From the NCBI GenBank assembly GCA_964016885.1, contig OZ024740.1:325190001-325254000 (forward strand): a stretch of DNA of 64,000 bases, written 5' to 3'. The notes beneath the pieces were generated by a model. It saw only the letters and a program-made list of their open reading frames with translations. It did not search any database and had not been told where the DNA came from. Made by a program: the position numbers and the translations under genes. This document shows, piece after piece, positions 1 through 12,743 of the stretch. The stretch comes from Eledone cirrhosa. Its lineage: Eukaryota. Every line of letters starts with the position of its first letter. The stretch's first letter is position 1.

Positions 1-603
1 GGATGTCCAATACCATCCATCATCTGTAGATGTAATAAACTAACTGATTGAGGAAACAGCAAAATACAGTAACCCTTCTTTTGTCTAGTGTTCATTGGTT
101 ATTAGATATAATCTATAGAGATCAGAGCAGGCTTAAATGTATGACAGAAACAAAGCAATAAATACTTTGAAACTGACATCTTTATATGAGTTTTGAAAAA
201 CCTCAAAATACTTACTCCAATTATTTAGCTTTTTCATTGCAAACTGAGAATTGGACAGTATACTATGTTGCAGAGACAAAGGGTCGATATAATCGACTAA
301 ATCAAGGCACTCTTCTAGCATAGCCGCAGCCTAATGGCTGGAGCCAGTAAAATACTAAAGATTCAACAGACCTGCATTGTTGACTTTTGACGTGAAAATT
401 CCCTCTCTAAATGCAAATGAAACCTATCGTTTCAACTTGCAATCAATAAATTATACATCATATAGGTGATGGTATATGATACTGAATCCTGCAAACATCA
501 ATGAACTGACAGAGAAACCAAATACTACCACGAGAAATAATCAATTTATGTATCATGCAGAAATGATATGATCAGGATGACTATAAGCGTCGTACATATA
601 TAT

Positions 604-646
<43 letters not shown>

Positions 647-818
647 AGTGTGTGTGGGAGTCTGTATGTGTGTGTATGTGTGTATATGTGTGTGTATGTG
701 TGTGTGTGTGTAAGTGGTAGTATATACACATTCATACAGTCCTAAGCACGCAAGCAACCAAGTAATTGCATATATTCATTTGCAAATATATATATATATA
801 TATACACATATATATATA

Positions 819-888
<70 letters not shown>

Positions 889-932
889 CATTTAACATTT
901 AATGTTCTACCATACTATTTCATTATAATATC

Positions 933-1055
933 ATTATGATTTTAAAGGTTGACTTTGCCTTTCATCCTTACGGGGTAGATAAAATAAAGTACCAGTAATG
1001 CACTGGGTAATTGCTGGCCTTGTGCCTAAAGTAGAAACAATTATGATTTTAAAGG
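933..1055 (+). mobile_element. 5'-truncated tRNA-derived SINE (family A) with 16-bp TSD
   Basis: Core GCCTTTCATCCTTACGGGGTAGATAAAATAAAGTACCAG and 3' end GTAGAAACA are shared with many other copies; flanked by direct repeat ATTATGATTTTAAAGG (933-948, 1040-1055). Confidence 0.85.
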
Positions 1056-1104
1056 ATTGTAAATAAAACGAGTAAATCAGACAAAGTTGGAATTCCTTTT
1101 ATTA

Positions 1105-1176
<72 letters not shown>

Positions 1177-1388
1177 ATGACTCTGTGTGTGTGTGTGTGT
1201 GTACATATAAGTATTACCGAAGAAGCGTTAGTGGTAACTTTATAAACGCGTGTTATATCAACCATGGATGTTTCATTAACACATCCTCAGAAATTCACAC
1301 ACATACACATATACATCTATATATATATATATACACATACACACACACACATATACACACATATATACATACATATACATACATATAT

Positions 1389-1482
<94 letters not shown>

Positions 1483-2109
1483 ATTCCCTATTTCCTGGAC
1501 GTTCATCCATGACAAGCTGACATTCTCAAACGGACAAACATCTGAATCTAATTACCGCCATATTTTTTACTTACAACTGTGTAACATATTTCCTTGTTTT
1601 TCCTGAAATTACTGAGCGTAAAACAATATTGACGTCACGACACTATACTCCAAGCATTCACAGTTATAAATATTCCTATTTTGACAACCGTTTCCGAATA
1701 TACGATTCCTCAATTATTTCCAAATATTTTTAATTAGTCATCATTTTCTCTTTGGAAATATTAATTATCAAAGATGACGTACAAAATTGAGGTAGACCTC
1801 ATCGCGACGTCAAACAATCCGGTAACGATGTTTATATTTTAACAGCCGTTTCCGATCCTAAATTTACTTGATTTCTTTATTTTAAAATAATTATAATTTT
1901 CTCTCTGTTATCCAGAAAAGGAAACAATGTTGCTATTTGTCTTTGCGTTGCTGAAACTCTCTGCTGGTTGCAAATTCTGACAGAATGAAGCGGCATTTTA
2001 ATTTAGAACATACTGTGCCGAGCCGGATCACATTAAACATTTCGACAATCGACCGTGAGACTCCAAACAATCTGTTAACTATTTTCATTTATATATATGT
2101 ATGAACAAT

Positions 2110-2690
2110 GACAGCGAGTTGTCAAAGTCGTTAGAACGTTGGATAGAATGTTTTGCGGTTTTCGTTCTGACTCTCTTCTCTCCGAGTTCAAATCCTGCCG
2201 AGTTCAACCTATGCCTCTCATCCTTTCGAATTCGAAAATACTAAAGTTGATTTTTCCTCTGTAAGTCTTTCTCACTACTTCCGCTCTCTCTCGCACACTT
2301 TCTTCATCTTTCTCTCTCTCTCACTTACCTTTTTTCTTTTTTCTGGATGAAGTTGGTGGGTTTTCAATTCGCAAGAAGGGGTCATCCCCTACAACGCCAC
2401 CAGGAGGTACGAACTGGTATCGCTTTTCTCGATTTTCCCGCCCCTCTAGAATATGTGGCCTTGGATCTAAATCAGAAACCAGAATTGATCGAACAAAATT
2501 CTTTGTAATATTTCGTTCAGGATCTTTACATTCTGAGTTCAAATCCTGCCAGGCTTAACACTGCCTTTCATAGTTACAGGATCAGGAAAATAAAATACCA
2601 GTCAAGAACTAAACTTGCTTTACTCGACTTCCTCCCAACTCGACGCTATACCCAAAATATTAATGACCTTGAGCCTAAATTAGAAGAGAT
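2110..2690 (+). mobile_element. Two degenerate SINE family A copies
   Basis: B-box-like GAGTTCAAATCCTGCC at about 2185 and about 2535, each followed by a diverged core. Confidence 0.6.
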
Positions 2691-2825
2691 CATTTTATAT
2701 ACTAATTTATTTCTACTTTGTGTTTTCATTTATTTTACAAAAAATTCTTTGTCTATCTGTAAGATGTCGAGCAGAGTGAGAGAGAAGTAGAGAGAGGGGG
2801 GGGGATAAGTAAAGAAAGAAAAGAA

Positions 2826-2912
<87 letters not shown>

Positions 2913-5139
2913 GTAAACAAACACCAAGACGCTTGTTACTAAAGAAGCCGTTTAGACGAAGAATGTTTTTGGTAATTATCGCCAGAGAAAGTTCAGATGT
3001 TAACTAATTTCAGATTGGAATAGCTCAGATTGAGGACCGTGACCAACCACTAGTGCTGCCATAACATCTAATATCGAGGTTACACGTGTTTGACATCTAT
3101 GTGACAGATAACTCCACTGGTATTTTTGTTGTTGTGAGGGGCCTCTGTGGATCTCTTGTAATATATCAGTTTCTCTTTATGATCTATGTATGTAAGTATG
3201 TATATATGTATGTACGTATGTATGTATGCAGGTATGCATGTATGCATATATGTATGCATGTATGTTTCTATATATATATATACATACATATATATGTGTG
3301 TATGTATATATGTATGTATGTATGTACGTACGAATGTATGTATGTACGTATGTATGTTGAATTTTGGTATTGAGGATTTCTTCAATCTGTTAGTTTAACA
3401 CGTTTTCTTGAGAGATTTTCTCTAAGATTATTCCACACTGTTTCCAGAATTCTTGCCAGATTTTCGCCTTGTCTGAAACAACCTTCCTCTCCATCTTCCT
3501 CCAAACTGTCCAAGGAGAGGGTAGCTCTAAAAATGGGCATAATACTTCCCCCATTTGAATACATCATTAAAAGATTTTCTACGACTGTTCTATTAAAAAA
3601 ATCTATAGCGCTCCTTTCTGAAGAGAGACCACTGACTGAAACCTTCATTTTCAGTCCTCAAGGTAACTCAACACACTGTAAATTTTTATATAGAACTTTT
3701 TTAATTATAAATTTCATGGCATTGATACTGTGTAAGAAAAATTTAGATATTTCCCTAAGAATGGAAATTGAATAGCTCCTGGTCTCCTCTCAATCTTACC
3801 TCTTGCAAACGTACTTGAATACATTAAATCATTATCTCGACTTACAGAGGAAGGAAACCTTATTTATAATTCTGTAGATAACCTTTAATTTTAGAGCTAT
3901 ATTAATTATCAGCACCCACTTAACATTGAAATTATACCGGAACAGACAATATAATCATCTTTCCACATTACTTATATAAATATTCACAAATGAGAAACTA
4001 TTTGATATATGTTTCTGTGCGCTGAACTAATTAGTATGTGGTAGGTAGAGAATGCTCTTATCGTAGATATTTTCCTTAATGTTTCGTTCTTTTATCTCAG
4101 AATTGAGGAATTAATTTCTTAAGACAATGAAAGAGATTACTAATCTCTGACAGCGCTGGAAGTTTCTATGAAGGTATAAATACACATCACTATTTATTTC
4201 ATGAAGATTATCTTAATGAAAATTATCGTTTAAGCCTTAAGCCTCTCTTTGCCGTATGTGTAAGGAAATAAATTGCATATATCAGTTTCAAATAGTTTTT
4301 AAAATATTCAGGAATATGGAGAAATTTAGTAATATAACCAACTTTCTCAATATTAAACTAATTTTCGGAACAGTACTTATTAACCGTTCTTACATAAACT
4401 TTTGACGGAAGGCTTTTAGATCAATATAAGCATATAAACCCTTTAGTTTACTTCTACCCAATTTCACTCAAAAAGTATGGGTGGATCCGAGGCTATGGTA
4501 AATACCACATGCCAAGATGTCACGCATTGGGATCGAATCCGGAACCCAATCATTTCTATGTAAACTTTTTAACCATTTGGCCATACTGCGTCCACTGTGT
4601 GAATAAACATATTCGTATGTGTGTTGAATTAAATTATCTGTTCATGTGTTTGGTCTGTGAATGTCTTATTGAGAAGGAGAGAGAACGTTTTAGTAAATAT
4701 AGCACACAACCCCATGCAAACAACCAACCACCCACATACCGAGTCAGTCAGTCAGTAGTATCTATTGCAATTATGTTCGCCTTTAGTGGTCCATAAATTA
4801 ACTATTTCTCTTTACATTTATTGCATTAACCCCAATTTCGTAACTAATTCCGTCAATAAAGAAGTGTATCTTCATTTCAATGATCCACGATAACAACATT
4901 AAGTCCGGTGGGGGTGTTTACAGCATAGTTTCAGATTTTATCTTTACATTTCACCAGATACTCTCTCACGCTCCATCAGTTTCAATGAAGACAACTTAAT
5001 TCATAGCCGCCAGGCTTTTCTTTTCTTTTTTCCGCAGTTACAGCTCGCATTGTTTCACTAAGCAGTCAGCTTTCATTCATGATTTATATTGTTACTTCAT
5101 AGATAACGGTGGACTGGTGGTAATCTAACAATGTGCCGT

Positions 5140-5360
5140 ACGGTGGTGGATTGGTAGAATTGGTAGAGGGCCGGATAAAATGTCATTGTGGTATTTATAT
5201 TCGTTCTTTACTTTCTTAATTCAAATTGAGCCGAGGTTAACTTCGTCTTTCACTCCTTCTCTTCTGGGCCTATAAAATAAAGTACTAATCAGGTACTGGA
5301 GTCGAATTCAATGACTCCCTCTTCCTCTAAATTGCTGGGCTTGTGCCTAAATTAGAAATC
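5140..5360 (+). mobile_element. Degenerate SINE family A copy
   Basis: GGTGGTGGATTGGTAGAATTGGTAGAGGG head, CCGAGGTTAACTT core, AAATTGCTGGGCTTGTGCCTAAATTAGAAA tail. Confidence 0.7.
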
Positions 5361-5729
5361 TATATAACAAAATTTCTTAAAGTAATTAGGTACGTTACGG
5401 TTCTGCGTTCAAATCCCACCGTGATATCGTTACTTCATAACAAAACACTGGAAATGTAGTAGTAACATTGTGTCTTAAAGCTATTACTTACGTTCAGGTT
5501 GTGTGTTCAAATTCCACCCTAATATTGTAACTTCATATAGTGCCAGATTAGATTAGAGCATAGTCTATAGCATATAGTAATATTCTTATAATGTTACATG
5601 AAGGTTAAAGGCAGTGCATAATTATAGTGTGGTACCACTGAAAATATGGGGGCCTGTAGTAAATGCTGTTCTTGCTACTAGGTTAATCTCACATTGATTT
5701 CACATTCAACGATGTTGTTGTTAGACCAC

Positions 5730-6125
5730 AGTCGGTTCAGATAACAAGTGTTTCAGTGTTCAACCAACATAACAGCTGGTTCTTGAAATGAACGTGCAAA
5801 TGACCGAGCACGTCACAGATACGTGTACTTTTACACAGATCTCAGATTCAGCGTGGCACAGTTTGTAGCAAGCCTGGTTCTTTGAAGCACAGGCACAATC
5901 CATCTTGTATTTTACGTGGCTGAGTATTCAATAGATATGTATACCCTTAACACAATGTGTGATAATGTTGGCCCTATGAATCACATGTACAACTATTTTT
6001 TTCCAGCTGAGTGGACTGGAAGGGAAATATAATGCCTTGTTTCGGGTCACAATGCCCTGTTAGGAATCGAACTCACAACCTTATAATCATGATCTGAACA
6101 TTTTCATCACTATGTTACATGCCTT
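5730..6125 (-). mobile_element. Degenerate SINE family B copy with internal duplication
   Basis: AACGTGCAAATGACCGAGCAC..CAGATACGTGTAC motif recurs at about 7480-7640, 29900-30030, 49630-49900, 53930-54340 and 56400-56640; GGAATCGAACTC is a reverse B-box. Confidence 0.55.
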
Positions 6126-6904
6126 CAAATATTCAATGATGGACTGGTCGAAGTAACAATGTACCAAACTAAAATGTATTAAAACAATCGGTTACTTTAG
6201 GTTCTAAGTATAAAACCCGACGAAAAGTTTACTTCATATAAAAATGGTGAAGTGGTGCAGTAAATAACGATGTGTTGAACAGATGTCTTCAAGCATTTAG
6301 TTACGTTACATTGCGTTCTGAGTTCATATCCCACAGGAGCATAACTATGCTTTTCATCCATTCTAAATTACTAAAACCTAAATCTGTCTTATACCGATAT
6401 CAATTTAATTGATTTTATTATTTTTCTTTTTAATATCTTGTCATATACCAAACTTAGAAATAGATATTCTAATTCCATTGTTTGACAGTTCACTATTTTA
6501 TTGATAATTCTTCAAGTTTTATACATTAAATATAGAGATTTGTTGAAAAACTTGTCAATCCCATGGAGAACAAAGATCAAAGCTTATATCCTGCTCTCGG
6601 TTTTGCGTTGTGTCGTTAACAAAAGACGTTACACTATTCATTATATTTATATATCGTGTTGTATAAATATGACAATACCAACCCGTGATAACAATTCACA
6701 AAGGAATTGTCTCCTTTTACTGTGAAAGATTACCTTCCCATTTGTTGTTTAACACTTCCAGAACCTGAGATAAACTTCTGCTTACGAAGGATTTTGCTTA
6801 TCGAAAAATATATTTAGTAATCTCTTCTTTATTTTAATAACTAAATATAGATCGAAGAACAATAAACTTCTCAAATATTCTCTAGAGTAATAACGTTTGG
6901 TTGT

Positions 6905-7062
6905 ACCGCAGCCATTACAGTTTTAAATATCATCGGAGAGATATTTAGTAACATTTTGTTATATGTCCGCCATTACAGTTTTAAATATCATTGGAGAGAT
7001 ATGTACTAACCTTTCTTTATATCTCAGCCCATTACAGTTTTAAATAACATTGGACAGATACA
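6905..7062. repeat. Tandem repeat, about 59-bp unit x3
   Basis: CCATTACAGTTTTAAATA(T/A)CAT(C/T)GGA repeated at about 6912, 6970 and 7029. Confidence 0.85.
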
Positions 7063-7389
7063 TATGTCTTTCTTCTCAGGTTTACTGTTTCACGGCTTCT
7101 CACAAACGTTTCTTCTTTTCTCGTCTCATTCGGAGAAATCTTATTTACATCATTTTCTTTTCGTTTCAGTCTTCGCCATAGATGTTTATTGCACAACATT
7201 TGTATTTCATTCTAATGAATATATTCTGATATATCTTACATATTCTGCTAGTCCTTATATATGGTGTACTCACTGCCATAAAATTTGTTCTGTTAGATAA
7301 TGCAACATCTGCAACTCCTGTCAAATCCAAAAATGTTCAATTCTTTTCCCGGTGTAACGACTTCAGAACATCCTTTTTTCAAGAAAAGG

Positions 7390-7645
7390 GTGTGGTTAAG
7401 TGGTTAGGAAGTTCAGCTGACGATTAATGGCGTATGTTTCATTCCCAGTGGTGTGTAGTTTCCTTGAACAAGACACTTTATTTCACGTCACTCCAGTCCA
7501 CTTAACAATGATTTATTTGTACCTGTAACTCAAATTGACAACCATGACACACATTGCGTCATGCTGAATCTTCCTAAGAATTACTTTAAAAGTACACGTG
7601 TTGAACAACAGGAATAGTTGTCGTCGAAACCGACGGAGTTCCAAA
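7390..7645 (+). mobile_element. SINE family B copy
   Basis: tRNA-like head GTGGTTAAGTGGTTAGG, then CCTTGAACAAGACACTTTATTTCAC..CTCCAGTCCACT; reverse complement of the family B motif seen elsewhere. Confidence 0.55.
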
Positions 7646-7811
7646 ATGAAGTTCCCGGATAGCATTAAAGACTATATAGGTATACATCCATTCAGGAAGT
7701 AACCTGTATTAACTCGTATTTCAGAAAGAACAAAGTGGCCAGTTTTTACCGTCGTATAGTAATCTAAAATCTGAAGTAATTTACAGTTTCAATGAACAAC
7801 CACATCAAACA

Positions 7812-7852
<41 letters not shown>

Positions 7853-7913
7853 TTTCTTTTTTTCTTCCTTTCTCCTTTCTCTATCCCTTTCTCTCACTCT
7901 CTCGCTCACACAG

Positions 7914-8059
<146 letters not shown>

Positions 8060-8792
8060 GTAGCGCATTTTCTCTCCCAAGTTATACACCATATCTACAC
8101 CTCTGTCTTATAATTTACAATTACAGAAGACACATTATAGATAATGGAAGAAACTTCAAACATCTATAACGCTAATTATGTATATGAAGAGTTTCACACC
8201 ATCCAACTGTCGATTCGTCTTCAAGAAGCAGACGACGCTAACACCAACGCCAATGCCAGTACCACCACCCACCCCCAAAATCAATACCAACATCATCAAC
8301 ACAAACACTACCATTACCAACAATAATAACAATGTCAGCAAAAACACCAACAACAACATCATCACCAAAACCAAGACCAACATCAACAACACCAACAATA
8401 CCACCAATAGCAATATCACCAACTCCAACCAAAACTAAACACCAGATGAAAGAATTGTATGAGAAAGAAGGAGAAAAAGCGTGAAAGAGGGAAAGAGTGA
8501 AAATGGCGATAATCTAACGTACATACATTCTTATTATTGAACTAAACTATGTTTATCGGATCAGAAAATAAAATTATCTTATCAAATTAATAAGAATTTC
8601 ACAGTACAAAGCGATTGGAGAATTAGTTTCTGTATACAGTAGATTGGTTAAGTGAAAGACTTAAAAAGAAAGAGATTTGCCTCAAAAGTCTCACCGGTCA
8701 TAACACACGAATGATTAAACTACGTAGCTAGCAACCACATTGCAAGTATTAAATATTGCATTTATTTTCATTTAGCCAATAGAAATCTAGCA

Positions 8793-8829
<37 letters not shown>

Positions 8830-8970
8830 AAGGTTAAACAAGGTTCAATGAATAAATCAATGAATAAAGTTTTACAATAGATTAGAAGCACTCCACAGTT
8901 ATTTGGTTTTCCGGAGTTATTAATATTAATTGAAAATATTAACAAATATAGACATTCGTGTGATCAAGTA

Positions 8971-9028
8971 TATTTTATTATACATATTTCAGAGGTACGT
9001 CAACAGTACGTCCTCATCAGATAAAATA
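8971..9028 (-). ncRNA. Minimal type I hammerhead ribozyme
   Basis: Minus strand reads TATTTTAT-CTGATGA-ggacgtactgttgacgtacctct-GAAA-tatgta-TA-ATAAAATA; perfect 8-bp stem I, weak stem II. Confidence 0.7.
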
Positions 9029-9234
9029 AGATGATGCTTGAAATAACTTCACTATGTTGATGGTTAAAATTCAGTCATGACTAGCAACTGGAACCCGATA
9101 CAACTCTGTCCCCCCGGCTGGCCACCGATTTACAAATTTTACGTGGTGGCGGGAGAATAGAAAATGAATCTTTTCATTCCCGTCAAAAAGAAATTTTAAC
9201 CATCAACATAGTCAAGGTATGTCAAACATCATCA

Positions 9235-9301
9235 TATTTTATCTGATGAGGACGTACTGTTGTAAATAGCTCAGTACCTCTGAAATATGTATAATAAAAT
9301 A
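9235..9301 (+). ncRNA. Minimal type I hammerhead ribozyme
   Basis: TATTTTAT-CTGATGA(9243)-ggacGTACTG..CAGTACctct-GAAA(9282)-tatgta-TA-ATAAAATA. Confidence 0.75.
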
Positions 9302-9342
9302 TACTTGATCACACGAATGTCTATATTTGTTAATATTTTGAA

Positions 9343-9385
<43 letters not shown>

Positions 9386-9389
<4 letters not shown>

Positions 9390-9751
9390 AAGAAATTAAA
9401 AGATGGTTAAAAAAGTTCCATATATTTTATTATGCGCATTTCGAAAACAACATCATCCTGGGACAAAAGTTATGTTCTCATGAGATAAAATAAGGTAACT
9501 TGATATGTTGACTGGACACTTTCTTGTTCACAAGTGTTTTTAGGCCTCATATCATGTTACCTTATTTTATCTGATGAGAACACAACTTTTGTCCCAGGAT
9601 GATGTTTTCGAAATGCGCATAATTAAATATATGGAACTTTTTAAACCATCTTTTAATTTATTCTTTATTTATACTCCAGTTCTACCACTGTTGAGTGCTA
9701 CTTATCTGATATATGCATAGTTTTATTGTTCTACAATATTACTCACATCCT

Positions 9752-9755
<4 letters not shown>
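9386..9755 (+). mobile_element. (TA)n-embedded fold-back element B with hammerhead
   Basis: Arms about 9386-9507 and 9548-9666; bulged hairpin at 9673-9699; (TA)n flanks. Confidence 0.8.
9563..9629 (+). ncRNA. Minimal type I hammerhead ribozyme
   Basis: TATTTTAT-CTGATGA(9571)-GAACA..TGTTTTC-GAAA(9610)-TGCGCA (palindrome)-TA-ATTAAATA; the antisense copy at 9423-9492 has a mutated core (CTCATGA). Confidence 0.8.
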
Positions 9756-9815
<60 letters not shown>

Positions 9816-9819
<4 letters not shown>

Positions 9820-10402
9820 GTTCTTGGCACTACCACTGTTACTATCGCTTTCCTCGAGCCATGGGACTTGGAGACATGAGTCGAATGCTACCATTCTCTT
9901 ATACATCGATGTGAACTGCTATTTCTAATAACCAGCCTTTCACCTCTTGATAATTTGTGTTTGAGAAACGTTGGCTGAGGGCTTTTGGCGGGAACGAAAA
10001 GATTGATTTTCTATTCTCCCGCCACCACGTAAAATTAGTAATTCGGTGGCTAGCCGGGGGAGAGAGTTGTATCGGGTTCCAGTTGCTAGTCGCATTACCG
10101 TGTCGGTTGTCACAAACAGTCATGACCGGTATGGGCTTGGGTTTAGATTCTGTCGATCGATTGGTTATTGATTAGGCGATACCCGCTGATGAAGTCGCAT
10201 AAGCCGATTGTGCATTGTTGCATAATATATGCAGACGGATGGTCCAGTGCACCTTAGTGTTTGATAAAGTGCGGCCGAAACTTGAGTCCGGGAACTATTA
10301 TAGGCACCCGTTTTACGTGTGTTGTATTGAAGCGAATAACTATGTGTATACTCTGGGAATGTATCTTACATTTCCCATGGAGTACGCTGAGATAGAATCG
10401 AT

Positions 10403-10404
<2 letters not shown>
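9816..10404 (+). mobile_element. (TA)n-embedded element C with hammerhead and 3' bulged hairpin, no fold-back
   Basis: Hammerhead at 10182-10292; hairpin at 10350-10383; (TA)n flanks. Confidence 0.7.
10182..10292 (+). ncRNA. Type I hammerhead ribozyme with long loop II
   Basis: CCCG-CTGATGA(10186)-aGTCGCA..about 70 nt..TGCGGCc-GAAA(10277)-cttgag-TC-CGGG. Confidence 0.7.
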
Positions 10405-10437
<33 letters not shown>

Positions 10438-10490
10438 GGAAAAAATGAAACGAAATTTCATTTCCCACTCTTAGTACGGCTGTTACTTAA

Positions 10491-10552
<62 letters not shown>

Positions 10553-10554
<2 letters not shown>

Positions 10555-10948
10555 CCAAAGATTAATATGGTTCGTTGATTATTCAACGAACACAATTTTA
10601 CAATAGATTAGAAGCACTGGACAGTCTATTTTCCTGGAGTATTTAATATTATTCAAAATATTAATAAATGAAAAAAATTCTCATAATCAAAATATATATT
10701 TTATTATTCATATTTCAAAGGTACAATGGTGTGTAAGTACGTTTTTATCACACAAAATATAAGATTTGATATGCGTCATACCTCTACGGTTTTGATTATT
10801 CAATTCCTGGAATTGAATAATCAAAACCGTAGAGGTATTTTGTGTGATAAAAACGTACTTACACACCATTGTACCTTTGAAATATGTATAATAAAATATA
10901 TATTTTGATTATGAGAATTTTTTCATTTATTAATATTTTGAATAATAT
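10553..10948 (-). mobile_element. (TA)n-embedded fold-back element D with degenerate hammerhead
   Basis: Near-perfect palindrome centred at 10808 (TTCAATTCC-T-GGAATTGAA), arms about 10646-10948; core decayed to GTGATAA..GAAATATGTATA; hairpin at 10613-10640; similar to element A. Confidence 0.8.
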
Positions 10949-11146
10949 ATAAATATATATAAAGAAAATAAATCAAAAATGCAGCTGGAGTGTTTTAAGA
11001 ATATTTAATTATTTTACCGGTTTCACAGTTCTTATGATTATCAAAAGTGAAATTAAGATGGGGGGTTTGTGTTTCTGTTGTGATGTGTTTCGCATATATA
11101 GCTTTCTCTCTATATATGTATAAATATATAATGTCGATGCACACAC

Positions 11147-11220
<74 letters not shown>

Positions 11221-11236
11221 GTGTGTGTGTGTGTGT

Positions 11237-11598
11237 AAAAGGTAAACAGAAATAACAACACAATCGGTATAGTATATGGAAGGTATATATTAGGTTAACG
11301 CCTGATATAGCAGGAAGTCGCTCTTAACGTTTCGGATGTTAGTCCTTCATCAGCAGAAAGAATGAGAAATAAAATAGATTGAGGGGACGGGCGGGATGGA
11401 GTTGGAAAAATGTCTTTAGATAAAAATAACAGGTTCATTCATGTTGACATCTCTTGCAAAACTGTTGGTATTGGCGTTTTGTGTATGATTTGTTTTTTAG
11501 AAAAGTGGATGATGAGGCGCGTCTACCTGAATTGGAAAAAAAACCGTTTTGTAAAAAGAGCTATACTTGAGCACGTGGGTAAGAATGTGTTTGTGTGA

Positions 11599-11635
<37 letters not shown>

Positions 11636-12545
11636 GGTGTGTGTGTGTGTGTGTCTGTATGTGTGTGTGTTATGATAGGTCCGTACGAAGCTAAGAGGAA
11701 ATGTGTGTGTATATGTGAGTAAAAGAGTGTGTGCATGTAAGTACGAAGCTATGAGCAAAAGTATGTTAATATAAGGGTTTGCATCGGCATGTATTAGTTG
11801 TAAGAGAAACTGCTACTGATCAAGAGAAAGCGATAGAATCTAGGGGTGTGAAATGGACGGGGTATTAGAGAAACGTACAAAAATGAATTTATCACATGAT
11901 CCTCATGACAGGTGCAATATGTCCGAACACGGAAGAGCCGAACTCCCACCGTCATCGCCCCCATCTCTCTCTCCCTCCCCATCTCTCTGTATGGTGAGCA
12001 AATGGGGTCTCACGTGCTGGTGCCGCCCCACAGCCCCGGCGGAGATAATGGAGAAGGCGTTTCCCCGGAGGATGGTAAGGGAGATGCGCTGGAAGCGCCA
12101 TTCGTCCACTACCACAGATTTGGTCGGCTGATGCTGGAGTGGGACTAGCAGTAAACTATAATTTAGTGGCTGGCGTGAACCCTGTGACCGTATCACCTTA
12201 CCTGCCGGGATGGGGGAGATTGGATGGGGAGAGGCTTGTCTAGGCTACTTTCGTTGTTTTGGGTAGTAGTTAAATAGTAAACGTCCCTCACCTTTGCGCC
12301 TGCGCAGAGTTCTGAAGAGACGATACGGCTCAAAAGGTAAGGGGCAAAGGCTTCAAGAACATCATCTTTATCCGTTCCCTTGTCGCTTTAATTTGGATAG
12401 CCTCGAGAATGACATTATTATGAGATCATGGGATTGGTTAGGCGGAACCGCGTGGTCACTGTCGTCATTGAAATATTTATCACAGCCTTATCAATAAAGG
12501 ACTTTAACATCTGAAACTACTTCGCATTTTCTTATTCTAAATATA
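11237..12545. mobile_element. Probable decayed Penelope-like element E
   Basis: Minus-strand hammerhead core at 11320-11360, a degenerate plus-strand copy near 12495-12518, microsatellite flanks, and an internal segment (11665-11775) repeated at 23765-23875. Confidence 0.45.
11320..11360 (-). ncRNA. Minimal hammerhead-like motif
   Basis: Minus strand reads CTGATGA-aGGActaacaTCC-GAAACGTTA with palindromic AACGTT; stem I poorly paired. Confidence 0.6.
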
Positions 12546-12618
12546 TTCCGTCATTCCTATGTGGATAAAGTAGAGTGCTTGAATTGAATTGCATCAATAT
12601 TTACCGTAAGTATATATG

Positions 12619-12743
<125 letters not shown>

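Larger units (their letters stand above)
8827..9348 (-). mobile_element. (TA)n-embedded fold-back element A (Penelope-like terminus) with two hammerheads
   Basis: Inverted arms about 8924-9071 and 9192-9348; hammerhead cores in both arms; bulged hairpin at 8887-8917 (minus); (TA)n on both flanks. Confidence 0.8.

Noticed and set aside
1210-1295. CCGAAGAAG..TAAACGCGT resembling a decayed hammerhead, followed by a GGATGT/ACATCC hairpin
   Set aside because: Both core halves are mutated and stem I is unsupported; it may be an old family member but cannot be supported
3382-3900. ORFs 3382-3648(-) and 3533-3775(+) as a gene or LINE C-terminal relic
   Set aside because: No recognisable motif; only a vague resemblance to LINE zinc-finger-proximal sequence
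12294-12497. RLQEHHLYPFPCRFNLDSLEND as the end of a PLE endonuclease
   Set aside because: Resemblance too weak to call without a profile search
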